The notes under the pieces are model-generated. The model saw only the letters and a program-made list of their open reading frames with translations, was not told where the DNA came from and ran no database searches. This document shows, in pieces, positions 12,790 to 25,037 of a stretch of DNA of 64,000 bases (its first letter is position 1; each line of letters begins with the position of its first letter). The stretch covers positions 5,704,001 to 5,768,000 of the forward strand of contig NC_043026.1 of NCBI RefSeq assembly GCF_006345805.1, written 5' to 3'. The position numbers and the translations under genes were made by a program. The stretch is from Octopus sinensis (lineage: Eukaryota).

Positions 12790-13205
12790 AAACCTCAAGT
12801 ATATCAGCACTGGAATTTGTAGCTGTGATACCAGTGCCGGTGGCATGTAAGAGAACCATCCGAATGTAGCCGTAGCCAGCGCCGCCCGACTGGCCCCGTG
12901 CCGGTGGCATGTAAAAAGCACCATCCGACCGTGGCAGTTGCCAGCTTCGCCTGGTCCCCGTGCCGGTGACACGTAAAAAGCACCATCCGATCGTGGCCGT
13001 TTGCCAGCCTTGTCTGGCACGTAAAAAGCACCCACTACACTCACGGAGTGGTTGGCGTTAGGAAGGGCATCCAGCTGTAGAAACACTGCCAGATCAGACT
13101 GGGGCCTGGTGCAGCCTCCTGGCTTCCCAGACCCCAGTTGAACCGTCCAACCCTTGCCAGCATGGAAAGTGGACGTTAAATGATGATGATGATGATGATG
13201 ATGAT
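12790..13205 (+). mobile_element. Retroposon family D with (GAT)n tail and internal ~58-bp minisatellite
   Basis: GTTGGCGTTAGGAAGGGCATCCAGCTGTAGAAA...GGACGTTAAACGATGATGATG. Other copies at ~31190-31615, 36640-36895, 38855-39460(-), 39845-40290(-), 40340-40675, 41040-41520, 42370-42780, 45000-45260(-), 46510-46890, 47700-48005, 53570-53800, 57068-57470(-), 59540-59880, 60520-60890(-) and 60970-61215. RTE dependence is inferred from the tail. Confidence 0.88.
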
Positions 13206-13412
13206 ATATATATATCTACTTGAGCATTTTTTTTACTAAACATCCTAGATGAATATATTGATCTATTCTTACTTTAGAACTCCAATACACACTACCTTCC
13301 TCCCCTTTCTAAGGTCTATACCATGTTTTATACTATTTTCTTTATTCATAAATTTCATCAGTTAATGGCTTGCAACATGCAGGAATTGAACACCTGTTTT
13401 GTATATCTTAAA

Positions 13413-13503
13413 CGACCTCTGACGAGATTCGCCTTTCATATAATTTTTAATTTCATTAATTAGTTTTCTGAAGGTCTAGAATTGAAACAGCTGTAACAGA
13501 TGT
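13413..13503 (+). ncRNA. Hammerhead-like motif with extended stem II
   Basis: CUGACGA-GAUUC...GAAUU-GAAAC-AGCU-GUA; stem I poorly paired. Confidence 0.45.
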
Positions 13504-13566
13504 TGCCAATTTTTTAAATTAATAAATAATAATGTATTAATTATTTATTTTCTTATCTTATTCATG

Positions 13567-13611
<45 letters not shown>

Positions 13612-14360
13612 TAGCAATTAAGGACAACTACTTAATAAGGAAAACTTAACAAGAAATTGTCAGGTAGATAGCGTGAAAACCTCATAAGAGAAAAAATTTC
13701 GAAAATAATTATTTCTTATTGAACATATTAATTTATATATAGAGGGCATTATACATACATGCCACACGCTAAGAGGGACAATTAGTCATTTCTACCAAAA
13801 ATATTACTAATCCCACCGAATGCAATTTTTCAAAGTAAGACATTTAAAAAATATAGACCTGTATCACAGTGATTTCATACTTACGTATTCATCAGCAGGC
13901 CTGAATGTATTATAAATAAACAACGACCCTGCCCCGCTTAAGCCGATCAGCTAACTGATCAACATCAACGAAGCACATGGGTGAGTTTACATATATTACA
14001 TCCGGATAAATGGCAAACTTTTACGAATTGCATTTCGGGAGAGGAAAAGTTTTTTCGGAATAAAAATTTAGCAATTAAGGACAACTACTTAATAAGGAAA
14101 ACTTAACAAGAAATTGTCAGGTAGATAGCGTGAAAACCTCATAAGAGAAAAAATTTCGAAAATAATTATTTCTTATTGAACATATTAATTTATATATAGA
14201 GGGCATTATACATACATGCCACACGCTAAGAGGGACAATTAGTCATTTCTACCAAAAATATTACTAATCCCACCGAATGCAATTTTTCAAAGTAAGACTA
14301 ATTGTCCCTCTTAGCGTGTGGCATGTATGTATAATGCTCTCTATATATAATTATATATAT

Positions 14361-14410
<50 letters not shown>

Positions 14411-14791
14411 ATGTGTGTGTATATATGTAAGTTAAAAAACACAAAATAAATGCACTAACGAATAGAAAACAGACACGTGTCACCAAATCACCTTCAGTTA
14501 CCAAGCCAGAGGGTCAAATACAACTTCACACCTCCAGTATGTGTGTGTGTGTGTGTGTATGTGTGTTCACATATATATATTTACTCTTTTACTTGCTTCA
14601 GTCATTTGACTGTGGCCATGCTGGAGCACTGCCTTTAATCGAGCAAATCGACCCCAGGACTTATTCTTTGTAAGCCTAGTACTTATTTTATCAGTCTCTT
14701 TTGCCGAACAGGGAAGTAAAAACACCAGCATCGGTTGTCAAGCGATGTTGGGGGGACAAACACAGACACACAAACATATACACACACGTAC

Positions 14792-14822
<31 letters not shown>

Positions 14823-15053
14823 TACGACGAGCTTCTTTCGTATTCATATATACGACGGGCTTCTTTCACTTTCCATCTAGCAAATCCTCTCACATGGCTT
14901 TGGTCAGCCCGAGGCTATAGTAGAAGACACTTGCCCAAGGTGCCACGCAGTGGGACTGAACCCGGAACCATGTGGTTGGTAAGCAAGCTACTTACCACAC
15001 AGCCACTCCTACGCCTATATATAAATAAATAAAAATTATATATATACATATAT

Positions 15054-15097
<44 letters not shown>

Positions 15098-15699
15098 ATA
15101 AATATGTATCCTTACTCTACCATCACATCTATCCTTGTTACTTGTGAGTATACCTTGGCAAAACAGACACAGCAGCCTGGGGTATTCCACCTGGCCAGAT
15201 CCTGTCAACCGTATCACCCATGCATGCATGGAAGACAAACATTAAACGATGACGATGATGATGATGATATACATATATATGTACAGGTGTGGCTGTGTCA
15301 TAAGAAAATTGCTTCGAAGTCGCTGCTGGAAATGGAGATCTCCAGGTCCAAATTCTTGGACAGCCCCCGCCATGTTCCTTGGGAATACCATAAATATAAT
15401 CTTAACCGGATTCTTGTTAAAACTGTATTGGACGTAAACGAAGATAAAGAAGATAAAATATTAAAAATAGAAAAACGGTCACGTAGTAGTTTTGAAGTCA
15501 AGTGCATTTATGACTCATCGTTAAAGGTGCCCCCCTGTCGCTGTTGTCTACCTGTGTTTTTAATCGGAATAACAAAAAATGGTTTTATAATGAAATGAGA
15601 ATGTGATGAATGCAGCACTTCGAATGTGGGAAGCTGCTTATATGACGAAGACACAGATTTACGATTTTTCTGCAATTTCAAGACAAGGAGACACAAACG

Positions 15700-16700
15700 T
15701 ACACACATACAAACATATATATACATACATACATACAGATATACATATAAACATATACATACATATATGCACACACATATGTACATATACAAATATATAC
15801 ACATACATACGTACATATACATAGAAGCATATACATATAAACATATGCGTACGTACATATACAAATATATATACATACACATACATACATACATATACAT
15901 AGAAGCCTCTACATATATATACATATAAACATATACATAGATATATGCACACACATACGTACATATACAAATATATATACATTCACATACATATACATAG
16001 AAGCATATACATATATATACATATACAAATATATATACATACACATATATATACATAGAAGCATATACATATATATACATATAAACATATACATACATAT
16101 ACAAATATATATACATACACACACATATACATAGAAGCATATACATATATATACATATAAACATATACATACATATATGCACACACATACGTACATATAC
16201 AAATATATATACATACACACACACATACATACATATATGCACACACATACGTACATATACAAATATATATACATACACACACACATACATACATATATGC
16301 ACACACATACGTACATATACAAGTATATATACATACACATACATACATATACATAGAAGCATATACATATATATACATATAAACATATACATACATATAT
16401 GCACACACATACGTACATATACAAATATATATACATACATATACATAGAAGCATATACAAACATATGCATATATATATATACATATAAACGTATACATAC
16501 ACACATAGATATACATACATACACATATATGTATAGATACAAACATATGCATATATAGATATATATATATGTACAAACATATACATACATACAAACATAT
16601 ACATATATATACATACATACACACACACATATATATATATATATACGTACAAACATACACATACATATAAATACATACATACATATATATATATATATAT
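15700..16700. repeat. Compound (TACA/TATA/CA)n microsatellite with ~58-bp superperiod
   Basis: Repeated ACATATATGCACACACATACGTACATATACAAATATATAT. Confidence 0.92.
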
Positions 16701-18264
16701 GAGTGACAGAAGCAGTGTTAATTAATACCAAAAGGTATAAAGAGAAAGCCCATGCCCTTTTCTCTCATTATAGCTGGGGTCTTTGTGTGACATCATAACC
16801 CACCCTCAGATACGGACACACACACACATTTATAATCATCGTCATTTTACTGTACACTTCCCCATGCTTGCATGGGTCAGACAGATTTTCTCTGTCCGGC
16901 TGCCCTGCTTATTGACAGCCCTCCTCTATTTATATTCAAAATCCCATCTTAAACAGCTACAAAGTTATTTCACTGAATCCTTCGTTATTTGCAAAATTAA
17001 TAGAAGGCAGTGTATGGCAACAGATGTGTGGAATATGGTAACAAAAGGGTTAAAGTTGTCTAAAGAAAAAATTTCAGGCCTTGTGCCTATAGTAGAAAGG
17101 ACCATTATTAAGTTGGTCGCCCTGGACTGTTTAGCTTAATGGTAGGGCACTTAATGATAAGGTGGGCGAGCTGGCAGAAAAGTTAGCACGCTGGGCGAAA
17201 TGCGTAGCCGTATTTCGTCTGCCGTTACGTTCTGAGTTCAAATTATGCCGAGGTCGACTTTGCCTTTCATCCTTTCGGGGTCGATAAATAAGTACCAGAT
17301 ATGCACTGGGGTCGATGTAATCGACTTAATCCGTTTGTTTGTCCTTGTTTGTCCCCTCTGTGTTTATCCCCTTGTGGGCAGTAAAGAAATAGGTATTTCG
17401 TCTGCCGTTACGTTCTGAGTTCAAATCCCGCCGAGGTCAACTTTGCCTTTCATCCTTTCGGGGTCGATAAATTAAGTACCAGTTTCGCACTGGTGTCGAT
17501 GTAATCGACTTAATCCGTTTGTCTGTCCTTGTTCGTCCCCTCTGTGTTTAGCCCCTTGTGTGTAATAAAGAAATAGGTAAGGCACTTGGCCAATGTCTGA
17601 GAGTTACTGGGTTCAATTCCTGTAGTTGCCAGTTGGCAACTTTATGGCGGCAAGCTGGCAGAATTGTTAGTGTGCAGGGCAAAATGTTAAGTGGCATTTT
17701 GTCCGTCTTTACGTTCTGAGTTCAAATCTTGCAGAGGTTGACTTTGCTTTTCATCCTTTCGGGGTCGATAAATTAAGTACCAGCTGAGTACTGGGGATGA
17801 TGTAATCATATTATTTGCTCCTAAGAAATTGCTGGCCTTGTGCCAAAATTTGAAATGAAGCTGGTGTATGGAGCATAAATTAACACAAAATTTTGATGGA
17901 AGGCAGTTTTACACTAAAACAAGAAATGTGTATCATTGAACCAGGGATGGTCTCAGGAGGGTTGGCACCAAAACGGTTTAAATAATCTTATTTAAAACCT
18001 TCAACCAAAATTCCAATTCAATTTATGTCCCAAACACCAGCTTAATAATGACAATGTTATTTTACAAAATTCTTCAGTATTTCCAAAATTAACTGCATAA
18101 AAGGAGTGGCTGTGTGGTAAGTAGCTTGCTAACCAACCACATGGTTCCAAGTTCAGTCCCACTGCGTGGCATCTTGGGCAAGTGTCTTCTGCTATAGCCC
18201 CGGGCTGACCAATGCCTTGTGAGTGGATTTGGTAGACGGAAACTGAAAGAAGCCCGTCGTATAC

Positions 18265-18322
<58 letters not shown>

Positions 18323-18623
18323 CTGTGTTTGTCCCCCCTAGCATTGCTTGGCAACCGATGCTGGTGTGTTTACGTCCCTGTCACTTAGCGGTTCGGCAAA
18401 AAGAGACCGATAGAATAAGTACTGGGCTTACAAAAAGAATAAGTCCCGGGGTCGAGTTGCTCGACTAAAGGCGGTGCTCCAGCATGGCCGCAGTCAAATG
18501 ACTGAAACAAGTAAAAGAGTAAACAGTAAAACGCAGTGTGTTTCCACAGGAATTTGGTAACTAGAGGGTTAAAGTGATATCAAAAACCTTCTTTCATCAA
18601 AAATTTCAAGCTAATATATATTC

Positions 18624-19046
18624 GGATCTTTTCGGTTTGAACGGCAGTTTTTTCTAGCGATGTCATATGAAATTGTCACCCATAATTAGGACCCTAGTAT
18701 CGATCTATTGCATTTCAATCTGTTTTAGGGTTAGTTAGGGTTAGGGGTGGGGGGAAGGGTATCTTTTTTTCTTCACAAATGTAAATAAACCCAATCTGTT
18801 TCTTAAACGAGGGACATATTCATACGGCACAGAATGTTTTCACACTCAATAGACGTCAGTGATTGGTTGAAATTGCAGAAATTGAAGAAAAAAACCCAAC
18901 AAATATCTTACAAACTATAGAATTTTCTCAATAAAGCCAAGAGAAAAAGATGTTTTATAAACACATTCTACCAGTATACGAAGTTTAAAAGTGTTTAGTT
19001 ACGTGGAAATTATTTTAAAAAACTGCCGGTCAAACCGAAAAGATCC
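18624..19046. mobile_element. 423-bp MITE with 30-bp TIRs and an 8-bp TSD (Merlin/hAT-type TSD length)
   Basis: TIR GGATCTTTTCGGTTTGA[A/C]CGGCAGTTTTTT with 1 mismatch. ATATATTC is present on both flanks (18616-18623, 19047-19054). Confidence 0.9.
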
Positions 19047-20179
19047 ATATATTCTACACAATTTACTAAATTCTTTATTTTTAAAATTAACTGCATGAAC
19101 GACAATTTCAATTTATGACCCAAATACCATATTAATATTTTATTTTATTTATGCGTCCTTTTCAAGTCTAGCCAGGCTCATGGGTCCGGCATATGTGTCC
19201 CCTCACCCCCCACCAGTCGGACGGGACGTCAGTCCATCGTAGTGTTACTCAAGAAACAGGAAGAGAGAGTGAGAGAAAGTTGGGGGCGAAAGAGTACAAC
19301 AGGGGTCGCCACATCCCCCACACCTCCTGCCGGAGCCTCGTGGAGCTTTTAGGTGTTTTCGCTCAATAAACACACACGACGCAACGCCCGGTCTGGGAAT
19401 CGAAACCGCGAGTCCGCTGCCCTAACCACTGGGCCCATTATTCCACTGACTTCTTCGATTCGTCATTTTCGAAATTACCGAACGAAAGGCAGTGCATTCT
19501 AAGAGAAATATGGTAACAGGGCGGCGAGCTGGCAGAATCGTTAGCACGCCGGGCGAAATGCGTAGCCGTATTTCGTCTGCCGTTACATTCTGAGTTCAAA
19601 TTCCGCCGAGGTCGACTTTGCCTTTCATCCTTTCGGGGTCGATAAATTAAGTACCAGTTACGCACTGGGGATCGATGTAATCGACTTAATCCGTTTGTCT
19701 GTCCCCTCTATGTTTAGCCCCTTGTGAGTAGTAAAGAAATAGAAATATGGTAACAGAAAAGTTAAAGTTATCTAAATTTAGAACCTCCTTTCATCAGTAA
19801 TTTCATGTTAATTTATGTTTCAAACATAGATATTTAACTAATTTCCTATTTTCAAAATTAATTAAACTGAAAGCAGCATGTTTCTCAACAGAATTATGGT
19901 AACGAAGGTTTAAGGCGTCAACTAATTCTTTCATATCGGTTCTTAAAGGATTTCGTCGATGGATCCTTTCAAATTTGAAGAACGGAAGTGGGGGACGAGG
20001 TAGTAATTTCGTAAGCAAACAAGAGGGTTTCCTATCCTTAAAATAGCTTGTTGACATGTTAGAAATAGCAGCTATAACTCCCACAAGTTATAGCCATTAA
20101 CCACACCCTATTTTCTAAAACAATTGAAACCGGAAAAAGTGTCACAACTAAAATATGTCTAAGTATTCAGAAGGTAGCC

Positions 20180-21345
20180 GGGTCAGGACTGGCCGAGGGT
20201 TAAAGAGCAGCAACAAAGTCTGTAATACAATGTCTTAAAAAGATAAAGGCAGGATCGTCACAGCTGGAACATTTTTCGTTATAGGTCTGCTTGACCGGGG
20301 TTGACCTGGGACTAAACACAACATAAAGAAGGGCGTTTCAATTATCGTAGTCCTAGGTGCGCTATCTCTGGATAAAAGATGGGAGGGTCACAGCTGGAAC
20401 GCTTTTAATTAAAGGTCTGTCAGATCAAGGCTGGCCTGGGATTAAACAAGGATACATTAAGCTAATGTAGTCCAAGAAAGACTTAAGTCTGGATAAAATA
20501 CGAGAGGGTCATACCACGGACACATTTAATCATAGGCCTACTGGATCAAAGCTGACCTGGGGCTAAACAAGAACAAGGGCACATTTGATAATGTAGTCCT
20601 AGAGACATTATGTCAGAAAATATGGTGGTATAGTCACAGTTGGAACGTCTTTAATCGAAAAAATCCGCTGGACCAGAGGTTAAGTAACAGACAAGCACAT
20701 TATATAATGTAGTCTTAGGTGGACCATGCCTGAATAATAAAAGTGAGGATGATCACGCCTGGAGCAGCTTTCATCAGTGGTATACTGGAGCAGGGTTGAC
20801 CTGGGGTTAAACAACAAGGAAGAACGCAATATGTAACGTAGTACAAGATAAACTGTTAAAAAAAACCCAGAATGGATGGCCACGACAGGAACGTCTTTGA
20901 TCATTGGTCTACAGATCCAAAGCTGGCATAGGACCAGACAACAACAAGGATCGCCGGAACGACACATTACATAACGCAATTCTGGATGCACTGTTTTTTA
21001 AAATGACAGGGTGGTCACGACTGGAACGCTTTTGGTCATTGGTCTACAGATCCAAAGCTGACTTAGGACCAGACAACAACAAGGATCGAAGGAACGACAC
21101 ATTACATAACGTAATTCTTGATGCACTATGTTTCTAATAATGACAGGGTGGTCACGACTGGAACGCTTTTGATCATTGGTCAACTGGACTGGAGATGACT
21201 CGGGGTTAAACAGCAACAACAACAAAGAATAAATAAATATTTAGATAACGCAGTCAGTCCGAGATACATTATGAATAGTGCAGCCTTTGATCACAGGTCT
21301 GTCTGTCCTGTCCGACCAAGGCTGACCTAGGGTTAAACAATAACT
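20180..21345. repeat. Diverged tandem array, ~9-10 units of 120-137 bp
   Basis: Recurrent GGTCACAGCTGGAAC...GACCTGGGG.TAAACAAC motif. The last two full units are near-identical. Related pieces at ~23650-24090 and ~41900-42110. Confidence 0.8.
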
Positions 21346-21539
21346 GGCGGGGAACATAGCTAAGCCACTTCCTCCATTTGTGGCTTTGCGTCTCCAGCAG
21401 AAACCATTTTGCGAGCAATTTTTGGCTAAGAAAAGAATCAATAATAACCATTATTATTAGAATTATCATCATTATTATTATAACCGACATTATTGCTATC
21501 ATGGTAGGTTTTTTTCGCTCAATATTGTTGTCTATTTAC

Positions 21540-21629
21540 CTGGAATTTCGGGCGTAGAGGCACACCCATGGCTTTGGAAGCAGCTTTCATCATATCATCA
21601 ACAGTCGGGGCTCCGGCATCTCCTTCCAT
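21540..21629 (-). CDS. Candidate first coding exon of an unidentified gene: MEGDAGAPTVDDMMKAASKAMGVPLRPKFQ
   Basis: Non-repetitive and relatively GC/CpG-rich. ACAATC-ATG-G start context, 30 open codons ending at CAG|GTAAAT donor. Product not recognised and downstream exons not identified. Confidence 0.55.
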
Positions 21630-21839
21630 GATTGTAGTGAGACAGAAGTATCTGCTTGCTGGCTGGCTGGCTAGTTTAGTTGTCTGTGGTGGTGGTGGTG
21701 GTGGTGGTCAAATGCGGATTGTCGTATGTCAAATGAACAAGAGCGGACACACGCAAACCAATTTACTCGAGGTACACGCAGAAACTACAGCGAGATACGG
21801 AGATGAATGATAAGAAAACGTGAGGGAAGGATAGAGCTA

Positions 21840-23550
21840 AATGATAAAGGGAGGAGGAGGAGCACGACGAGGAGGGGGTGGTGGAGGTGGAGAAGTAACG
21901 GATAAAGAGAGAGAGAGAGAGAGAGAAGAGGTGGAGGAGTGACGGTCAGAGAGGAGTAAGTGTTGAGAATGAGAGAGAGAGAGGAAGAGAGTGTAATGGA
22001 ATTGAAGCGTTTGAATAGATAGATATACAGATAAAGGTAGGTAAAGAGAGAGAGATGGAGAGGAGGAGAAAGAAAAGGGAGATAGAGAGAAGGAATAGAA
22101 AGAGAGAAAAGAAGGGGAGAAAGAGAGTGAGGAAGGGGAGTGAGTAAAAGGAGGGGGAGACAGAGAAGGAAAGAAAAGAGAGAAAGAAAGGAAGGGAGGG
22201 AGAAAAAGAAGGGAGAATAAAGATTAGAGGAAATCGAGTGTAAGTAGAGAGAGAGATTAAGAAATGTAAGAAAGATATATACATCTAAAGAGAGAGTGTA
22301 GGATAGTGGGAGGAGTTAAAGTCGTAGTGAAAGAGAAAGTCAAAAGATATAAAGGAGTGGGGAAGAGGAGAGGGGAAAAGGAAGATATAGAGAGGGAATC
22401 AGAAAAAGAAAAAGAGATGTAGATAAGACGATGTAGGAAAAGGAGGAAGAGAATTATAGTTGAAGTGAATAGCGTGGTGGGAGGAGTATACGTAGTGACG
22501 ATGGTTGAGAACGTGGTTGTAGTAAGAGTAGAGCAAGAATGGTTCAAAGGTGGCTGAAGAAGAGTGAATATGTGTGATTGACAGCATGTGTGTGAAAATG
22601 AATATTCATGAGCAAATGTGTATATATGTGTATATGAATAATATATGAGTGGATGTGTGTGAAACTGTGAATGTGTACACGTGTGTATGAATATATGTAT
22701 ATATGAATAATATATGCGGATATATGAATATATGTATATGAACAATGCATGTGTGTGAAACAGTGAATGCGTACATATGTATATATATATATATATGTAT
22801 ATTTTAATATGTATGTGTATGCTTGTATATGTGTGTATGTTTGTGTGTGTGTGTATGTGTGTGGATTGTACTGCATACCTGTATAAATCTGGATATGAAT
22901 GGATTGTGTGTGTGTGTGCGTGTGTGTGTGTGCGTGTGTGTGTGTGTGCGTGTGTGAAATTGCGTGAATTAGAACCTATATATGCCTTTGAGTGTGAGTG
23001 TGAGTGTGTGTGTGTGTGTTGTACGTGTAATAGTGTGATGAGTAGCGGGAAGAGTAAGAGGTGAGAAGGCAATTCCAAGGAGTGGTGGGAGGGGGAAAGA
23101 TGAAAAGAACGAAAGTGGTGGTATTTGACGTAGTGGTGGTGGTGGTGGCGACGTTGGGGAAGATGAATTTAGTCATAGTGGTGGTGGTGGTGGTGATGAT
23201 GGTGGTCGTCGTTGTGGTGGTGACGTTGGGGAAGATGAATTTAGTCGTGGTGGTGGTGGTGACGTTGGGGAAGATGAATTTAGTCGTAGTGGTGGTGGTG
23301 GTCGTTGTGGTGATGGTGGTATTGGTGGTGATGACGATGAGGAAGATGAATTTAGTCGTGGTGGTGGTGGAGGTGGTGGTTTCAATATCGATGGCGAAGG
23401 TGGAGAGTACTCTAGTCGTGGTAAAAAATGATTGAAATTGTGGTGAAATTGTGTTGATGATGGCTGCAATAGTGATGGAGATGATGGTGGTAATAGCGGT
23501 GATAGCGTTACAGATGCCACTGTTGTAATAACAGTGTTAGAGGTGATAAT
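21840..23550. repeat. Low-complexity block: GA-rich, (TG/TA)n, (GGT)n with GTGACGTTGGGGAAGATGAATTTAGTCG minisatellite
   Basis: Read directly from the sequence. Confidence 0.88.
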
Positions 23551-23711
23551 TGAAATGAGAGAAGGCAGACGACAACTCGCAATGTCAGCAGCCCTATAGC
23601 CCTACGTCAGCATTTATCAGAGAGACCTAGAATCAAAAGGCACTTCATGCCGTGACCAGGGCCATCTTAGGCCATGAGCACATTGGGACACTTGTTCAAG
23701 GGCTCCAGTTT

Positions 23712-24090
23712 CGATCTATGTGTATTGTGGCTTCTTAATAAATAAATAAATATTCTAGGTCCCAGTGCATTAATTGGCCCGGAGGCCCACAATGCTTCTT
23801 AGTCAAACCCTAGCCGTGACCACGTCCTGTTTTTTTAGAGATCTTTTCCCTCGGATATAGTTTATTTAGGATCGCATTATCCAATGTGCTTCCTCCTCGG
23901 ATCTATGTGTATTGTGGCTTCTTAATAAGTAAATAAATATTCTAGGTCCCAGTGCATTAATTGGCCCGGAGGCCCACAATGCTTCTTAGTGAAACCCTAG
24001 CCGTGACCACATCCCGTTTTTTTTAGAGATCTTTTCCCTCGGATATAGTTTATTTAGGATCGCATTATCCGATGATGTGCTTCCTCTTTT
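23712..24090. repeat. Tandem duplication of ~190 bp
   Basis: GATCTATGTGTATTGTGGCTTC...GTGCTTCCTC occurs twice. Confidence 0.85.
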
Positions 24091-24417
24091 TATCAGTGAA
24101 GTATGTGATTCGAGAGAGAGGTTTAACTGCCATTTCTAACAGTCGGAACAACCACGTAGAGGTAGTTCCTGTTCCTATAGCGGTAGTAGCGACGATAGCT
24201 GTAGTGATTTTAGTGGTGAGGGTGGCGTCGGCGGTTGAGTTCATTGTGGCAGAGGTGGTAGTGGTGGTGGTGGCGGTGCTGGTGGTGGTGGTGAAGGCAA
24301 CACTGAGAATATCAAAAGAAAGAAAAAAAGAGCGTGGGAGGGGGAGGAGAGGAAATTCAAAGCGAGAAAAAAAGGCGGAAGTACAAAGAGAAACTGCACA
24401 ATGGTAGTGTATGTATG

Positions 24418-24451
<34 letters not shown>

Positions 24452-24529
24452 GAAGAGACAGACGAAAGAAAGGCATGGGAAAAGAGGGAAGTGAAAAAAT
24501 AGACTGAGGAGAGAAAATAAAATAATATA

Positions 24530-24918
24530 TCTTTATATATAAAACTGTAGTTGTGTGAGTGTCTGTCCCCTTCGATTTAGATTCCTAACTACTCCCACAT
24601 TTTGCGGTGCAGTTTAACCAAAACCGGGTATCTTATAGTCGTGATTCATATCGAGCCCGTCTGACTATTAGCGCGCGTCAACGATGAGTCTACGATTTAA
24701 AAAAAATTTACCATCATTTTTTTCCATTTTAATGCATTTTTTTCGCTATTATATAAGGGAAGTAACTCTCTAAAAATGTCTACGATGAGTCAACGATTTA
24801 AAAAAAATTTACCATCATTTGTTTTCCATTTTTAATGCATTTTTTTGCTATAACTCTCTAAAAATGCTGTATAGTTATTTCCCTTACAAATCCGAGCAAC
24901 GCCGGGCGATACTGCTAG
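24530..24918 (+). mobile_element. Non-autonomous Helitron with an internal duplication
   Basis: A|TCTTTATATATAAAACTG ... CCGAGCAACGCCGGGCGATACTGCTAG|T. Confidence 0.88.
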
Positions 24919-24993
24919 TATATAAATATAAAGAGAGAAAGAGAGAGAAAATATATATATATATATGTCAGTGTGTGTGTATATATCTATCTA

Positions 24994-25037
<44 letters not shown>

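Noticed and set aside
15508-16731. Long 233-407-aa ORFs rich in Y/I/C/V/M
   Set aside because: They arise from (TA/CA/TG)n microsatellites that lack stop codons; the same applies to ORFs at 9057-9859, 22257-23078 and 56453-57105
18724-18748. Telomere or interstitial telomeric array
   Set aside because: Only about 3 units, and they lie inside a MITE
19915-20034. Minus-strand exon candidate DRKPSCLLTKLLPRPPLPFFKFERIHRRNPLRTDMKEL
   Set aside because: The acceptor and phase would fit the orphan exon, but there is no credible donor before it runs into a MITE end
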